NCBI GenBank assembly: GCA_038087875.1
Contig: JAXLNO010002167.1
Span: forward strand, 1-64,000
Direction: 5' to 3'
DNA length: 64,000 bases
DNA from: Malacoraja senta
Taxonomy: Eukaryota
Both the position numbers and the translations under genes were made by a program. Numbering within the stretch: the first letter of the stretch is position 1; each line of letters opens with the position of its first letter. The notes beneath the pieces were generated by a model that searched no databases, was not told the origin of the DNA, and saw only the letters and a list, made by a program, of their open reading frames with translations. Positions 38,201 through 53,200 of the stretch are shown in pieces.

Positions 38201-41200
38201 CATTAAAATTTGCCCAAAGCTAGAGAGAGAATTGACGGATTCAGATGATCACAACTGGTATTGTTTTTATTTTGTTGTATCATAGCAAAATTATAGATGA
38301 CACATAATTTACAAAATGTAACTGCTCAAAAATGTATGCATTGTTTTAGTATTTCTTGATCTTGTTATTTTAACCAATGGTGTTCACCCATCTTTTGAGA
38401 CCTGGTAGCTACCACTATTGTCTTAGCTAACATATTCACTAATTATGCTTAGAAATTATGCAGAATTACCCAGGAGTGGCCACAAACGAAAATACGACTA
38501 TTCTAATTCCTCTCTGCAACTTTTACCATTTTTTCACAACATACAAACATCAGTGTTGTTGGCCCAAAACATAACCATTCACTCTCTACCCAACTCTGCC
38601 ATATGTGCTCATTCTCTTTGAACTCTCTGCTCATTCACTTCTTCAAACTCTCTGCCAACTCTCCAATTTTTATATATATTTAAGGGGGGGAAATTGCACA
38701 AATGCAAGTTGTCAGCAAGCACTTCGAGAGGTAACTATTTCAGCAAATAGCACTGGAATCAGATGCAGACGTGAAGCCTGTTCAATGCGTTAAATCACAT
38801 GGTAAAGAAAGCAGAAAGGGGAGAATGGATTGCAGGACAAATACCAGGACAAAATAAATATGCTATAGAAAACATGAAGAGAATGTATGAAAGAGTTAAA
38901 AGGGGTAAAAAAAATATGGCCACACAAGAACATGAGACAAAACTGATAGCAAGATGAGAAATGGATGGTGTTAAGAGGAAAGAATGGGTGGCAGGAAAAG
39001 AGAAGGCTGTGATTCTAGTCAGGGAAAAAGAAGAGGGAGTAAGGAATGAGAGATGGAAAATGAAATCTGTGTCAAAGAAAGGATGTAAATGGATTGCAGC
39101 AGTAGGAAGTAGTAGGAAATGGACTGAAGAGGGATGGGGCAGATGTAGAGAATAATACATTGCTGGGAAATACAGGAGCCAAGCACATATGAAGAGCAAT
39201 CAAATATTAATTCCTTTTATTACTACAACAGTGACATTTATTGTAGTTCACACCAGTATGACATGGTTGCCTTTTCACATTGCTCTTGTAAAGAACCTGT
39301 GAACAGAATGTGCAGCAAACTTAATCACTTTGTCCTATTTTCATGGAAATGTTTATTTCTATCTTCATATACTAAACTCAAAAAGGAATGGGGTTATTTG
39401 ATATCTATGAAATACATGCTGAGAAATGAATTAAATGATATGAAGAAATACACATTAAGAACGTTGCCACTGGGTTTAGAAGCAGAATGATATTTGTTTA
39501 TATATTTAATATATTACTCTGCAGTAATGCATATCAACCAATAGATAATTTTATTTAAAATCTATTTCAACAGTTTATGAGAAGTATTTAAATACAGTCT
39601 TAATTGAACAGTATATTCGGTCACTTTTATTCTTATTTACCTCAACAAAAATATATTCACAGTTGCCATCAAACATGTATCTTTTTCCATCAAAGGTTAT
39701 GTACTGGCCATCTCCATGAACCTGGCAGGTCTTTGGACATGAATTTGTAGTGCATTTCCATATTCCGGCATTGCATGTACTGTGGCAGAATAAACACAAG
39801 AAAATAATATTTTGATAGAAACATTTGTATTGGAATCTTGCCTGCCGTCTTGACAATATATCTGTCAGTTAATGGTAGCCGTACCTTCTGAGACCTTTAC
39901 ATAATACCTCCCATTTGCGATACACTTAAGGTATAATATTGCCTCATCTCAATGGAGTAGATATTTTTTGCATTCTGAAAATTCCGTTGTGAATCATCAT
40001 TTTTAAACCAGTTAAGAAGACTGTGGAGGTCAAGTCAATGGATATTTTTAAGGCAGAGATAGATTCTTGGGCTGTCAGGGGTATTGGGGAGAAGGCAGGA
40101 GAATGGGGTTATATAAAAAGGATAGATCAGCCATCTTTGAATGACGGAGTAGACTGATGGGCTGAAAGGACTAATTTTGCTCCTACCACATTAATGTGAA
40201 TTATGAAGAACATATAACATTTTTTTGTCTGATATGATTCTATTTTCAAGGAATGTATTATCAAGGAATGGTGACAGAAATAACAATATAATGGGAAAGT
40301 TTAAGTTTATATGAGGAGGGCTGAAGCATCAAACTAAACTACTTTATGTTAAGATATTAATGTAATATCCAAAGCAAATATTAATGTATTTATTTTAATG
40401 TCAGTCACTCTCACTTCACTGCCCATGACATTGTATAATATCTTTGCTACACTAAGATTTTAGTCCAGTCACGAACAGTCCCAATTGCCAGCATCCTGAA
40501 CAAAAGTGGTGTCAGATCTATCCTACATGCGCCTTCCCTAGATCTTGCACACACCCCGGACAGCTCCAGCCACCTAACTCAAGCCACACTTGTCATTCCG
40601 GTTCTCTCACCGACCTCATCCCCAGCCAGTGGCCTATCTGGTTTTGAACCTCATCCATGATTGCTGCGAGGAAGCCTCACACAAACCTTGCCTGCATGTC
40701 CTGCCCAGTTCATCAACATTTTGGGCAGCCCGTTTCTGTCATTGATAGAAATTCTTCCACAAGCAGAATTGAGTCAGTAAATTGATACAGATCCATATCA
40801 TTGCTCTTTGGTCAATCCCAAAATAGCAGTGCAACTTTCCATCTAAATTTTGAATAACATTGCCTCACCATTGATTGCAGTCTCGCTGGATTGTTTTTCC
40901 AGCAGGATGCTTTTCTCCTCCAAACACACAAGGACACTGCTCAGGATGGATGCATCTTCCACTGTCATCTTCCACAAGATTATCAGGACAGACACAGCCA
41001 GGAAAACACGGACTAAACACCTTTAAAATAAAACGCCCTAATCAAGTTCACACTTAGGGTGCATTGAGAAGCAAACAGTGCAGATTCCCATGGCTTTGAG
41101 CTCCAGACATTCTTGCAAGATCATTATTCTCCTTAGGTTTAAGATTTAACTTGGATATCGGGCGAAGTTAATTGTATCCATCAATGAATGTATTAGAAGT

Positions 41201-44200
41201 TACGGAACAAAACAAAAAGTTGTGTGCTAAATTGGTTTTCTATATTTATGATGTTATTTCAGCCATTGTTGGGTCAGAGGAGATTGAACTCTGCCCAGAC
41301 ACATGGAACCTGCTACTTATCATTGGGAGAGTCTAGCTATAAAACTTAGAAAGTTCACTATACTTCCAGAAAACAGCTTTATTAGTGTCACACCTATTGC
41401 AAATCTCAAGTAATTCGACAGCATATGGCGATGTTTAAGAAACATTTAGACAGGTACATGGATAAGACAGGTTTAGAGGGATATGGGCCAAATGTACTAG
41501 GGTAGATGGGACATGTTGGCCGGTGTGGGAAAGTGGCAAATCAAGGGAAAAGGTAGTTTAAAACCTCAAAGATTACAAAAGCAAATGAATAATTTGTAGC
41601 AATTATTCAGTTCCAATTGTTGTAAATTATAGACCGCAATTCAACAAAGGAGTAAATACAGGAGGATTACTCACCTGAGGAATATTTCGATTTCTGCATG
41701 ACTGTTTATTTACATTAGGGTTGGTGCAATCATTATATAGTTTTCCGTTCTGACATTCTATGAAAGAAATATATATTTTTTAAAGCAACAATTTCAATTG
41801 TTCATTTTGGTGGCACAGGATTAAATTGAAGCAGCTGCTCACCTCTACTGGGTGTAGGACTGACCGGACAATGAAGTTTCCCATTTTCACACTTACTGCA
41901 TGAAGAAAAAGTGTTACATTTTGGCACGTATTTAATCATTTCGTCAAATGTCTGTAGAATATGCTAAAGGACACTTACCAGCTTCTCCCATTCAGTGTAA
42001 TACTCTGCCCTTTATTGACAACCATGTCACCAATGTAACACGGGCAGTCCAACTTGTCAACACAAGCTCCAGTGCCATCCATGTATTTTCCCTCAGGACA
42101 GCCGCAGCCAAAAACAGGAGTATCCTTGACTTCACAAGTGTAATCGTACATTGCGAGTGACCTACAGGTACGGTTACAGGCTCTCATGTCATTGTCAAAG
42201 ACCTGACTGTTGGCGCATGGTTTATCTGGAAAGAAATCCAACGTTTTCATTAGGATTGCATGTTGTGATAAATTTCTAGCAGATCGGTTTCATTTTCCCA
42301 CTGAGTGTTGGAGAATCTTGTGTAAAAAAGTGAACAGAGTTAATGGTAAGTCGAGGGACAGAAGTTGGAAGTATTTAAATTGTGACGCTTTGCCATGACC
42401 AAGGAGGCATAATGGAACAGCTCTGGGTTTGCAATACTAAAGGAGAGATTGAGCAAAAAACAAACTGCTGGATGAACTCAACAGCGTAGGCAACATCTGT
42501 GGAGAGAAATGGACAGACAACATTTCAGGTCAATGCCTTTCTTGAAGACTGGTAGAAAGAGGTGAGGGGAAAGGTTGGGGCAAGAGCTGGAAATGATAGG
42601 TGGATCTAGATAAGAGGTTATTGACAGATGAATCAGGTGGGGGTCAGTAATGATCCAAAGATGAACAGTGTGCGTGATGACCAAAATATCATAGAGCAGG
42701 GGATAGCAATTGGGTCACACGGGGTGGGAGGAGTGGAGTGGAAAGAAAGGTGTGCATGAAAGGATACGGTAGATGTAAAGGAGAGAGGGGATGTGGGGGG
42801 GTTACCCAAAATTGGAGAATTCTGTGTTCATTCCATTGGGTAGTCGTCTACTCAAGCAGAATATGAGGTACTATTCTTCCACTTTGCATCTGGCCACACT
42901 CTGGCAATGGAGGAGGACAAGGTCAGACAGGAATGGGAAGGGGAATGGAAATTTTGCACCAGATGGAGAGATAATGTCATGCCACTCACCATGGATTCCA
43001 CTGAGTGCAGAAGAATATATAAGAGGTTGGGAGGCAAATCACAATTTAACCAACTTTTCATTGTTATGGCCAGCAGTGGGAACAGTTAAAATGATTATTT
43101 GAGTTCCATAGAAAGGGGAGGATCACAGAGATCGGAGTGAAATATACAAGAATATAAATGAGCTGACTGTCAGTAAGTTCTTTCTTCCTCAGCAGTGATC
43201 CTCTTGGATAAGCTGCAAATGGTCATGTAGAGGCAGACACTCATCAGACCTTTAATCCAGAGAAACAAGGAACCGCAGAAGCTGGAATCAGGAAAGAAAA
43301 TACGCAATTTGCTAGAGGAATTCAGCAGGTCAGACAGTGCCTGCATCAGGACTAGACCGACAGTCTGGATTCCTGGTTGTGACTAAGGCTGTTTTCAATG
43401 TAAGATAAAGTTATTTGTCGTTGATGCATTGTCGATGTGACCTAGATTAGTTCTGACTAGCTATGAGTGTTGGAGAGCAATAATCCTAATGGACAGGCAG
43501 AAGCAAACAAGACGATCGATCGTCCGTACACACTTGTCATGATATTCAGTTCCACCGATTACAGGAGTATTGTACAACTGATCTGAAAGAAATATCCACT
43601 TACTTACATAGAACAGGTCAGCACTGGAACGGGCCCTTTGGCCCACAATGTTTGTGCCAAACATGATGCGAGTTATACTGATCTCATCCGCCTGTACATG
43701 ATCCATATCCCTCTATTCCCTGCACTTCCATGTACTTATCTAAAAGCCACAAGCACCACTATTGTATCTGCCTCCACCACCACCCTGGCGACGCTTTCCA
43801 GGCCCCCACCACACTCGGTGTATAAACACTTGCCCCACACATGTCCATTAAACTTTCCCCCTCTCACCATATAGCTATGCCCTCTAGTGTTGGACATTTC
43901 CACCCTGGGAAAAAGGTTCTGACTGTCTACGCTTTCTATGACTCTCTTAATTTTATATACCTGACAAGTCAATTTCAAACCTTCCCCAATAACAATTACA
44001 TATTCTTAATATATATCCCTAAATCCAACAAATGGCAACTTACTGCAAATGTTTCCACTCCATTTTCTCACGATAACACCATTAGCAGCACACTCATGGA
44101 CGTATGTTCCCAAGGCAGCACACAGGCAGTCATTGATATTCTCACAGGCACAGGTAGCTGCCACACACATCTAAATAAATGTTCTTAGTTACAACAGCTG

Positions 44201-47200
44201 GATATCTTTGAAAATTGTAAGTGCAACACAATTCTTTACTTCCACAGTATGAGATCCAAGATGGCGCTGTTTGTGTGCCAGTCACAGAAGTGGATCTGCA
44301 ATCACACATTACAATCGCTCCACTGTACCGAGGTACATTTGACAATAAACTAAACTCAAATGCTAACTCAAATTTATTTCACCAAATTATTTAATATACA
44401 AAACCAAATCGAAAACATAATTTTAAAAACAAATAGTTATACTGCAGGTTTATAAGCTATGAATTGATATTGTCTTTGATGACAAGCTAATCATTTTTCT
44501 TGATCATTTCATTCCTCAGCCAAGAAGATGTCAGACATATTGTACAATAGATTTAATCTATTGCACCGCAACTTAAAGTAGGTCAACTTAAGGTCTAGAA
44601 ACATAATTTTTCGTCACCAACAAAGACTGCCAAAGCTTGAGGCAATGTTTTGACTTGGAGTTTGAAAGCTGAGTGTTTATGGCCTTTGGGCATTACAAAT
44701 CACTTTTAATTTATTTAAGAACTCCTGAAGTGTTGCAATGTAGGAAATGTGCCAGCCAAATGTGAACACTAAACACCCACAAAATCTATTATAAATGACC
44801 AGGTTATTTGTTTTGGTGTCATTTGTTTTATTCAATGCATTGGCTTGGGTAACAAGGACTCGTTTGTCTTCATCAAGAGGGTAGGTGGGGCTAAGATGTT
44901 ACACAATCTTTAACATTGCAGTACTCCCTCAGTACCACAGTGATTTATTAAGATGAATGATAGGCTCAGCTTCTGGAACTGGATTTGAATTCACAACTTT
45001 CAAACTCGGGTAAAGTGCTACATCGGGATTAAGGAAAGACTATTAATAATGTTTCCTCTGAATTCTTACCTGATAATATTTCAGGTAATCCACAGTGGAA
45101 TGGCAGATGGAGAAAGCACTTGCTGCATCTTTCAATTGAGAGCAATGTAGCTTGGCATAGTTTTCTGTAATTACATTTAAAGGCATGATCAGCTGAATCC
45201 AAACATTACACTTCTAGAAAAAATAATCGGCATACTAAAAGTCATGGAATAAAATCTACTACTCTTGACATTTCTATGGGAGGAACAAAAAGATTAAACT
45301 TACCAGTTAGCAATAAAACTAAATTAATTGCATAGTTCTCGACTATACTAAGCTTAAATTGAAATTATGTTTTTATTAAAAAAGTGTTAGAAATAAATTC
45401 ATACACAGTTTAAAAATTGATTTTTATCTGATAGTTTCTACAGGAGCCAAAAAGGAAAGATTAATTCCATAACATAACAGTGTTTTCACTAAAACAGTGA
45501 AGCAAATTGAAGACAAGAAACAGCAAGGGTACTTTCAAGGTCAAATAACATTCAGGAGGTCAGGTGGGGTACTGCGAAAGCATTCATATGAGGGACTCTG
45601 TACAAGGAGCATACTGTATGCATACACTTTACCAATTGGTTCTACAAAGTTTCTGTGGCGCAACTGTCCACTGAAGTTAAATATTCACTGGTGTAATACC
45701 AATAAGGTGCCGATAAACTCAGCTCGACACCATCTAAACTACATTTTCTGTGAAAATTGGCAAAAAGGACTATTTGGAAAATCAGGCAAGACATGCCTTT
45801 CAATATTTATTTGCACACTGACAGTATCATGAAGAGGGAGTTATTCATGTCATTCAATCAAGTGATTTTTTTGCTGCAAAACAAAATAGATGTTTGGGGC
45901 TAACCTTTGCCAACTAGCAAAGAAATTGATTATTCACGAACATATGGGAGTAATACCCTTTGAGTGATTACTGGAGTGACCAGGATTCACAGATGGAATT
46001 AGGGGTGAGCTGAAGTTGCATTTATAATCGAGGTAAAACTGCAAAGTCACAGTACAAAAGTCATATTAATGCATGATATTTCTTTACACAACACAGGAGG
46101 CCATTAGGCCAATGTAGTCTGTGACAGCTCCCTAAAGAGCATTTCATCAGCAACGTTCTTTCTCTCACTCAGCAACCCTGCATCTTATTCTCTCTCACAA
46201 GCTCATCAAATCCGCTTTGATTGTTTTGCCATTAACCTACACAAATGGGTAATTTAGAGTAGCCAATCAATATACAGGCTTATCTTTGTGATGTGGGAAG
46301 AAACTGGAGAACATGTAGAAACTAAACAGTAACTGTGAGTGTGTACAAACTCCACGCAGACTGCTCCTGGGGTCAGAAATGTACCTGGGTCGTGTAAGCC
46401 AAATTTTGTGGCGTGTAATAGTGCTTTTTGTGTGGTTCCTTTCAATATGCTGTTATATTATTTATAGTTGTTGCATTTAATATATTTGTAAACATTTAAT
46501 AGTTTTAAGCAGTTTTAGGAATAATTCCACTTCTGCTTCTGTGGAAGTGGCCCACAAAATTAATGGGTCAAAGATGCCCAAATAACTTTTGGACAGTTGT
46601 GGACTGCTTCATGTCACCACACCTGGTCAGGACCATGGTGGGGCAGTGTGTTATACTCAGAGAGGCTGGAACTGTCAAGTAAGCTGAGTAGCCCATGCAG
46701 AAAGGGCTTTGTTATGCCCAGTACTTGAGTGCGAGATTAAATTCCTTTTCGTTGCCAAGTAAAATATTCCTCTTTTCAAAAGAAAATTGCAGTAAGTTCT
46801 GGGTGGTACAGCCAGCAGTTTGGAAATTGCATTCACGCTGAAGGGAGATTTATTTCTCTACAAGAGGTTGTATCAGTTGCAGACTGTCAAACCACGGCTT
46901 TAACTTGGCTTTTGAAGTAAAATTAATCTTGGAAACTTTGAACAATACTAACTTCATCCATCAATTTAAGATACTTCTAAGAAGATTAGATGTGGCACTT
47001 ATTCCTTTACAATCTGCACAGCAATCAAAATAACTTTTATCCTGATGCTGATTATTAACACAAACAATGGAAGGATCGCTTTATTTAGATAGATCGTTTC
47101 CTTAGTGCTTTGTAGTATGATGAGAGGAAATATAATGTGCTCACTTAAGTGCTGGAGAAAAATGCAACTGAATTCAAAGAGCAGAAAGCTCAGGAAGACT

Positions 47201-50200
47201 TAAACAGGCTATTCGACCCAACTCAACCAAGTTGCCTGAGCCAGTCCCATTTCCTGCGTTTGGGCCACGTTTCTCTAAACCATCCCTCCCCATGTACCTG
47301 TCCAAATGCCAAATGTCTTTTAAATGTTGTAAACATACCTGCCTCTGTCACTTCCTCTGTGTATAAAAGTTACCCCTGTGTGTGTAAAAGTTACCCCTCT
47401 GTGCGTAAAAGTTACCCCTCTGCTCCCTGTTTAAAACTTTACCCTTGACCTCAAATCTATGTCCTCTAAATATAGACCCCAAGCCTGGGAAAAGGCTGTG
47501 ACCATTCAGTATATTCACTTGGGCTCTCTGTGAATAAAGACTGTGAAAAGAGTTGCAAAAATAAAGTGTTGAGCAAGTATAAAAACAGGCGTACTAGTTT
47601 GCAAAGTAGCAGATCAAATAGTAAACTCGCAATAGGTAATGACTAAATGGATAAGATGCAACTTCAGTACATTCCAGATTGATGAGACCAATGAAGAAAA
47701 CATGATTAATATAGGAGGAGATGTGCAGACCAAAGAAAAAGATGTAGAAACGCCAATGGCATCTCGGAAGATAAATACGGCAAAGGGAAATATTTATGAA
47801 AATTGTGCAAACTGCAACTGAAAGGAGTGTCAAAGAAGATAACAATGTATGGGAGTGAAAAATCTTTGGCGATGCTTGTTAATAGGTGACTTCAGTTTTT
47901 AGAGAATCATTAAAGCATTACTTCAAGTCCAGAAGAGACATTAGCTTTAGATTTTGAAATAAAAACCCACACAGCTGTTTTACCATCTGTGGAGCAACTG
48001 AAATGAAAAATTTAGAACAGAGCATTTGTTCTAAATATCTTTTGAAACTTTTTTATTTGTTACCTTGCAAAGTTGTATTCCCTCAACAAGGCCCCATAGC
48101 ACTCCTTCTGGCCTCACCTAACCTGCTCCTCTCTATATAACATATCAAAGTAATTCTTGCTATTGAGGGAGTGCAGCGTAGGTTCACGAGGTTAATTCCC
48201 AGGATGGTGGGACTGTTGATAGACTGGAGCAGCTGGGCTTGTATACTCTTGAATTTAGAAGGATGAGAGGGAATCTTATTGAAACATATAAGATTATTAA
48301 GGGTTTGGACATGCTAGAGGCAGGAAACATGTTCCCAATGTTGGGGGAGTCCAGAACCAGGGGCCATAGTATAAGAATAAGTGGTAAGCCATTTAGAACG
48401 GAGATGAGGAAAAACTTTTTCACACAGAGAGTTGTGAGTGTGTGGAATTCTCTGCCTCAAAGGGCGGTGGAGGCTGGTTCTGTGGGTGCTTTCAAGAGAT
48501 GGTTAGATAGAGCTCTTAGGGATTGTGGAGTTAAGGGATATGGAGAGAAGGCAGGAACGGGGTACTGATTGTGGATGATCAGCCATGATCACATTGAATG
48601 GCGGTGCTGACGCGAAGGGCCGAATGGCCTACTCCTGCACCATTGTCTATTGTCTATCAAAGGAACTTACGTACTAATTATCACAAATGATCACTAATTA
48701 TCCCAAGCCCCTGCCTTTGAATCCACTGAATCCCTGCCCATCTCCAATGCCATCGCAACAAGCATGCCCAGCTAGTCGTTGTTTTGAAGAAGTAATAGAG
48801 CCAAATGTCACATTGACCTTCACTGCTGATCATGGAGGAATGTTAGTGTCCTTTAATTGGGTTTGCTATTTATCCAAATCTGTTTCATTTAACAGAGATC
48901 AGCTCTGTTTTGCTGCATTCTTGTGGTAAAGTATACCGTATCTTAATTACTTTGTCCATGGAATACACAAAATAAAATTTTCAATAAATAAAATTAATAA
49001 TCATCTCAAATTCTTCTATTCTTGCTTTGAGTAACCTCTTGCAGCCTTACTTTCTCCTGTTTTAATCACAGTTCAGAGTGCCCCCAGTACAAAACCAAGT
49101 TGAGCACTTTAATCATTGTCTTTGCTGATACTGCTGACCATTAGACAACAAATAAAATATTGTGGACAGCTTTGCACTTTGTTCTTTACAGGAATTGCAA
49201 AACTTGAAACGAGAGGACTCGGGAAGCCTGCACAAAGACTTTTAATGCCATACTGCTCTTTTGTGCAGGATGCTTTAGTTCTCAAATTTCAAGTTTTGCA
49301 ATTCCTGTAAGGTACAAAGTGCAAAGCTACCCACAGTTCACACTGGATTATGTCTTCAAAGGCAAAAGGCAAAAAGGCAAGCTAAAGAATACTGTGAAGA
49401 TTCTTGTCCTGAATTTATCATGATTCATTTTAATAGCTTAGGAAATAAAAGCATAGCACAGAGCAAAGTTGTGGTATTTAGAAGAAACGTTATTACCATT
49501 TTCTGAACTGACACAAGGGGCTGGTATTTTTGGTTCAGGACAGCTGTCATCAGTCTTCCAGGAATCAGCAAATGTAACAGGAGTGCTTTCCAAAATGCCT
49601 TGTTCAGATAGAAAGTCATCTTCAGCTTCACCATTGAAAGTGCCACATAAACCTGTGGGTAAAGAATGACAACAGAAGAAAGATTACTCTGCTTGTACAC
49701 TCAGTGCTTTAAAGGATAGCAATAACTAGATTCAAACTTGCTCCAACTATATGTGTTTTTATGCTCTTCTCTCTCAATATGTGTGTGCTTATATTAATTA
49801 AAAAGGTAATCGGATTATACATGTTCTAATAAATTAACTTCCTTCTCTTTATACAGTGCATTCCGGGATTACAAAAAACTATTTTGTCCGTAAATTGGAA
49901 AATAAACTAAATCACTCGATCCAGTAACAATGTTTCCACAGCATTGTTACGAATGGTGTTGACGAGGGACTATTTATAATCGTACAATCAACGGTGGGTT
50001 TCAATGGGCTTGCGGTATCAGTGGTTGTTACACCTTTTAACTGTGCATTGTTGAACAAGTAGCAATATAAGTGGTTGCTGGTCAATTTCCAAAGCAATCT
50101 CTTGAATGATCTCCCACAGTGAAACTGGCAACATGTGGTCTTAAGAAACAATGGTGTCTGGTTACTGCAGGGAGGTTACATGGAAACAGGTTTTTATTTT

Positions 50201-53200
50201 ACAAAACTGGTTCTCATTTTAATGTAATAACATTAATGGGAGCTTTTTCATTTATATGGAGTGTCCATAAGTCAGGAGTTTGTAACCTCCGAGGGCCCAC
50301 TGTGTCTCAATATATTCATGAAATCAATCTTACAAGATTTTAAAAATAGTGGCATAATGAAATGTTGAGGATAATCATTTGTTTATGCCATCCTTGAGTG
50401 ATTTTATTGATATGAATGTTTCAGAAATATAAATGAATAACTACACTTTCTCTGCTCCATTAATAACAAAGATTTTGTAAATTTGCATGGTGGCACAGCG
50501 GTAGAGTTGATGCCTTACAGCGCCAGGAACCCGGGTTTGATCCTGACTACAGGTGCTGGCTGGATGGAATTTGTATGTTCTCCCCATGACCTGTCTGGGT
50601 TTTCTCCGGGTGTTCTGGTTTCTTCCCACACTACAAAGACATACAGATTTGTAGGTTAATTGGCTTTGTATAATTGTAAATTGTCCCTAGTGTGCATAGG
50701 ATAGTGTTAGTGCACGGGGATTGCTGGTCTGCACTGACTTGGTGGGCCGAAGGGCCTATTTCCACGCTGTATTTCAAAACTAAACTATTTTATAACTTGA
50801 TGTTAGTAAATAGGCAGAACTGTAACAAATTGTAACTGTGAAGATTGTATGAACACTTTCCAAATGGAAAGCTACAACAAGAGGACATCTAAAGAGATGT
50901 GGTTTACATACATAGATCAACAAACTTTCCTTGACAGACACAAACGGAGTCGAATGGAAAGCTGCCTTCCATCCAGAAGACACGTCAGGAGATGTATGAC
51001 AGTTTTATACAATCCCTTGGTTGTAGAGCACATGGAATCCAGGTTGTTATTCACACTGGACCTTAAGAAAGAAGTGCTTACATGGAAGAGTGCTCACTGG
51101 ACTTAGCAGCATGATGTCTAATTGTAAGGGAAAATTACATAAAGCAAGGCAGCAAGCAAGGGGGGGGGGGGGGTAACTGCACAGGTGAAGTGTAACTATT
51201 TCCATAGGCTTGGAAGTCAATGTCCAAAGCCATTGACTCAACATTAGAGCCACAGCTTGTCATACAACAAAGCAAAAAAAAGACAGGAAAAGCTGAACAG
51301 GTCATCTCAGCTGTGAAAGTCATCAACCCAAAAGGTATATACTGTTTTTGACCTGCTGAATATTTCCAGTGATTCACTTAAGATTTCCAGCAGGTAAGGT
51401 TTAAAAGTCATGGAGTCCAAAGTCATACAGCACAAAAATAACCCCGTTGGCCCAATTGGTCCATATTGATCAATCTAAGCTAGTCCCATTTGCCTGCATT
51501 TGGCCCATATCTCTCTAAACCTTTCCTATCCAATATACCTGTCCAAATGTCTTTTAAATGTTGTTTCTGGCAAACGGTACGAGCTTAGTCTGCATGAATG
51601 TCCTCTGACAGCTCATTCCATAAAGACACCAGCTTCTGTGTGGAAAAAGTTGCCCCTTAGGTTTCTATTAAATCTTTCCCCTCTCACCCTAAACTTATGG
51701 CCTTTAGTTCTTGATTCCCTTACCTGCGAAAAAAGACTGTGCATTCACCTTATTTATTTCGCTGATGATTTTTGCACTTTAAATGATCACCTCCCAGCCT
51801 TCCGTACTCCAAGGAATAAAGTCCTAATCTCAAGTTCAAGTTCAAGTGAGTTTATTGTCATGTGTCCCTGATAGGACAATGGAATTCTTGCTTTGCTTTA
51901 GCACAACAGAACATAGAAGGCATTGACTACAAAACAGATCAGTTTGTCCATATATCATTATATAAATATATACACACATGAATAAATAAACTGATAAAGT
52001 GCAAATAACAGTGGGCACTTGAAATGGAGCATAAAAGTGCAAATAATGGGCTATTAATGTTCATAGTTTTGTCCGAGCCAAGTTTAATAGGTTGATGGCT
52101 GTGGGGAAGTAGCTATTCCTGAACCTGGTCGTTGCAGTCTTCAGGCTCCTGTACCTTCTACCTGAAGGTAGCAGGGAGATGAGTGTGTGGCCAGGATGCT
52201 GTGGGTCCTTGATGATACTGCCAGCCTTTTTGAGGCAGCGACTGCGATAGATCCCCTCGATAGAAGGGAGGTCAGAGCCAATGATGGACTGGGCAGTGTT
52301 TACTACTCTTTGTAGTCTTTTCCTCTCCAGGGCACTCAAGTTGCTGAACCAAGCCACGATGCAACTGGTCAGCATGCTCTCTACTGTGCACCTGTAGAAG
52401 TTAGAGAGAGTCCTTGACAAACCGACTCTCCGTAATCTTCTCAGGAAGTAGAGGCGCTGATGTGCTTTCTTAATAGTAGCATCAGTGTTCTCAGACCAGG
52501 AAAGATCTTCAGAGATGTGCACGCCCAGGAATTTAAAGCTCTTGACCCTTTCAACCATCGACTCATTGATATAAACGGAACTGTGGGTCCCCATCCTACT
52601 CCTACCAAAGTCCACAATCAGTTCCTTGGTTTTGCTGGTGTTGAGGGCCAGGTTATTGTGCTGGCACCATATGGACAGTTTCTCGATCTCTCTTCTGTAC
52701 TCTGACTCATCCCCATCAGTGATACGTCCCACAACAGTGGTGTCGTCAGCAAACTTGATGATGGAGTTCGCACTATGACCGGCTATGCAGTCATGATCTC
52801 CCCAATCTCTCCCAAAAGCACAGGGCCTCAAGTGGCAAAATCCTCATCAATCTTCTTAGTTTAGTTTAGTTTAGAGATACAGCGGGGAAACAGCCTTTCG
52901 GCCCACCTGGTCCATGCCGACCAGCGATCCCCGCACTTTAACACTATCCTACACCCACTAGGGACGATTTTTACATTTACCAAGCCAATTAACCCTCAAA
53001 CCTGTACGTCTTTGGAGTGTGGGAGGAAACCGAAGATCTCGGAGAAAACCCACGCAGATCACAGGAAGAACATACAAACTCCGTACAGACAGCACCCGTA
53101 GTCAGGATCAAACCCGGGTCTCCGGCACTGCATTCGCAGTAAGGCAGCAACTCTACCGCTGCGCCACCATGACTGCCCAAACTCTCCACCCTTTCTAGTT

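Noticed and set aside
38790-39200. Purine-rich tract with a hydrophobic 134-aa antisense ORF
   Set aside because: Low-complexity composition artefact
50487-50560. tRNA-like A/B boxes as tRNA genes
   Set aside because: They are SINE heads followed by core and tail; no complete cloverleaf
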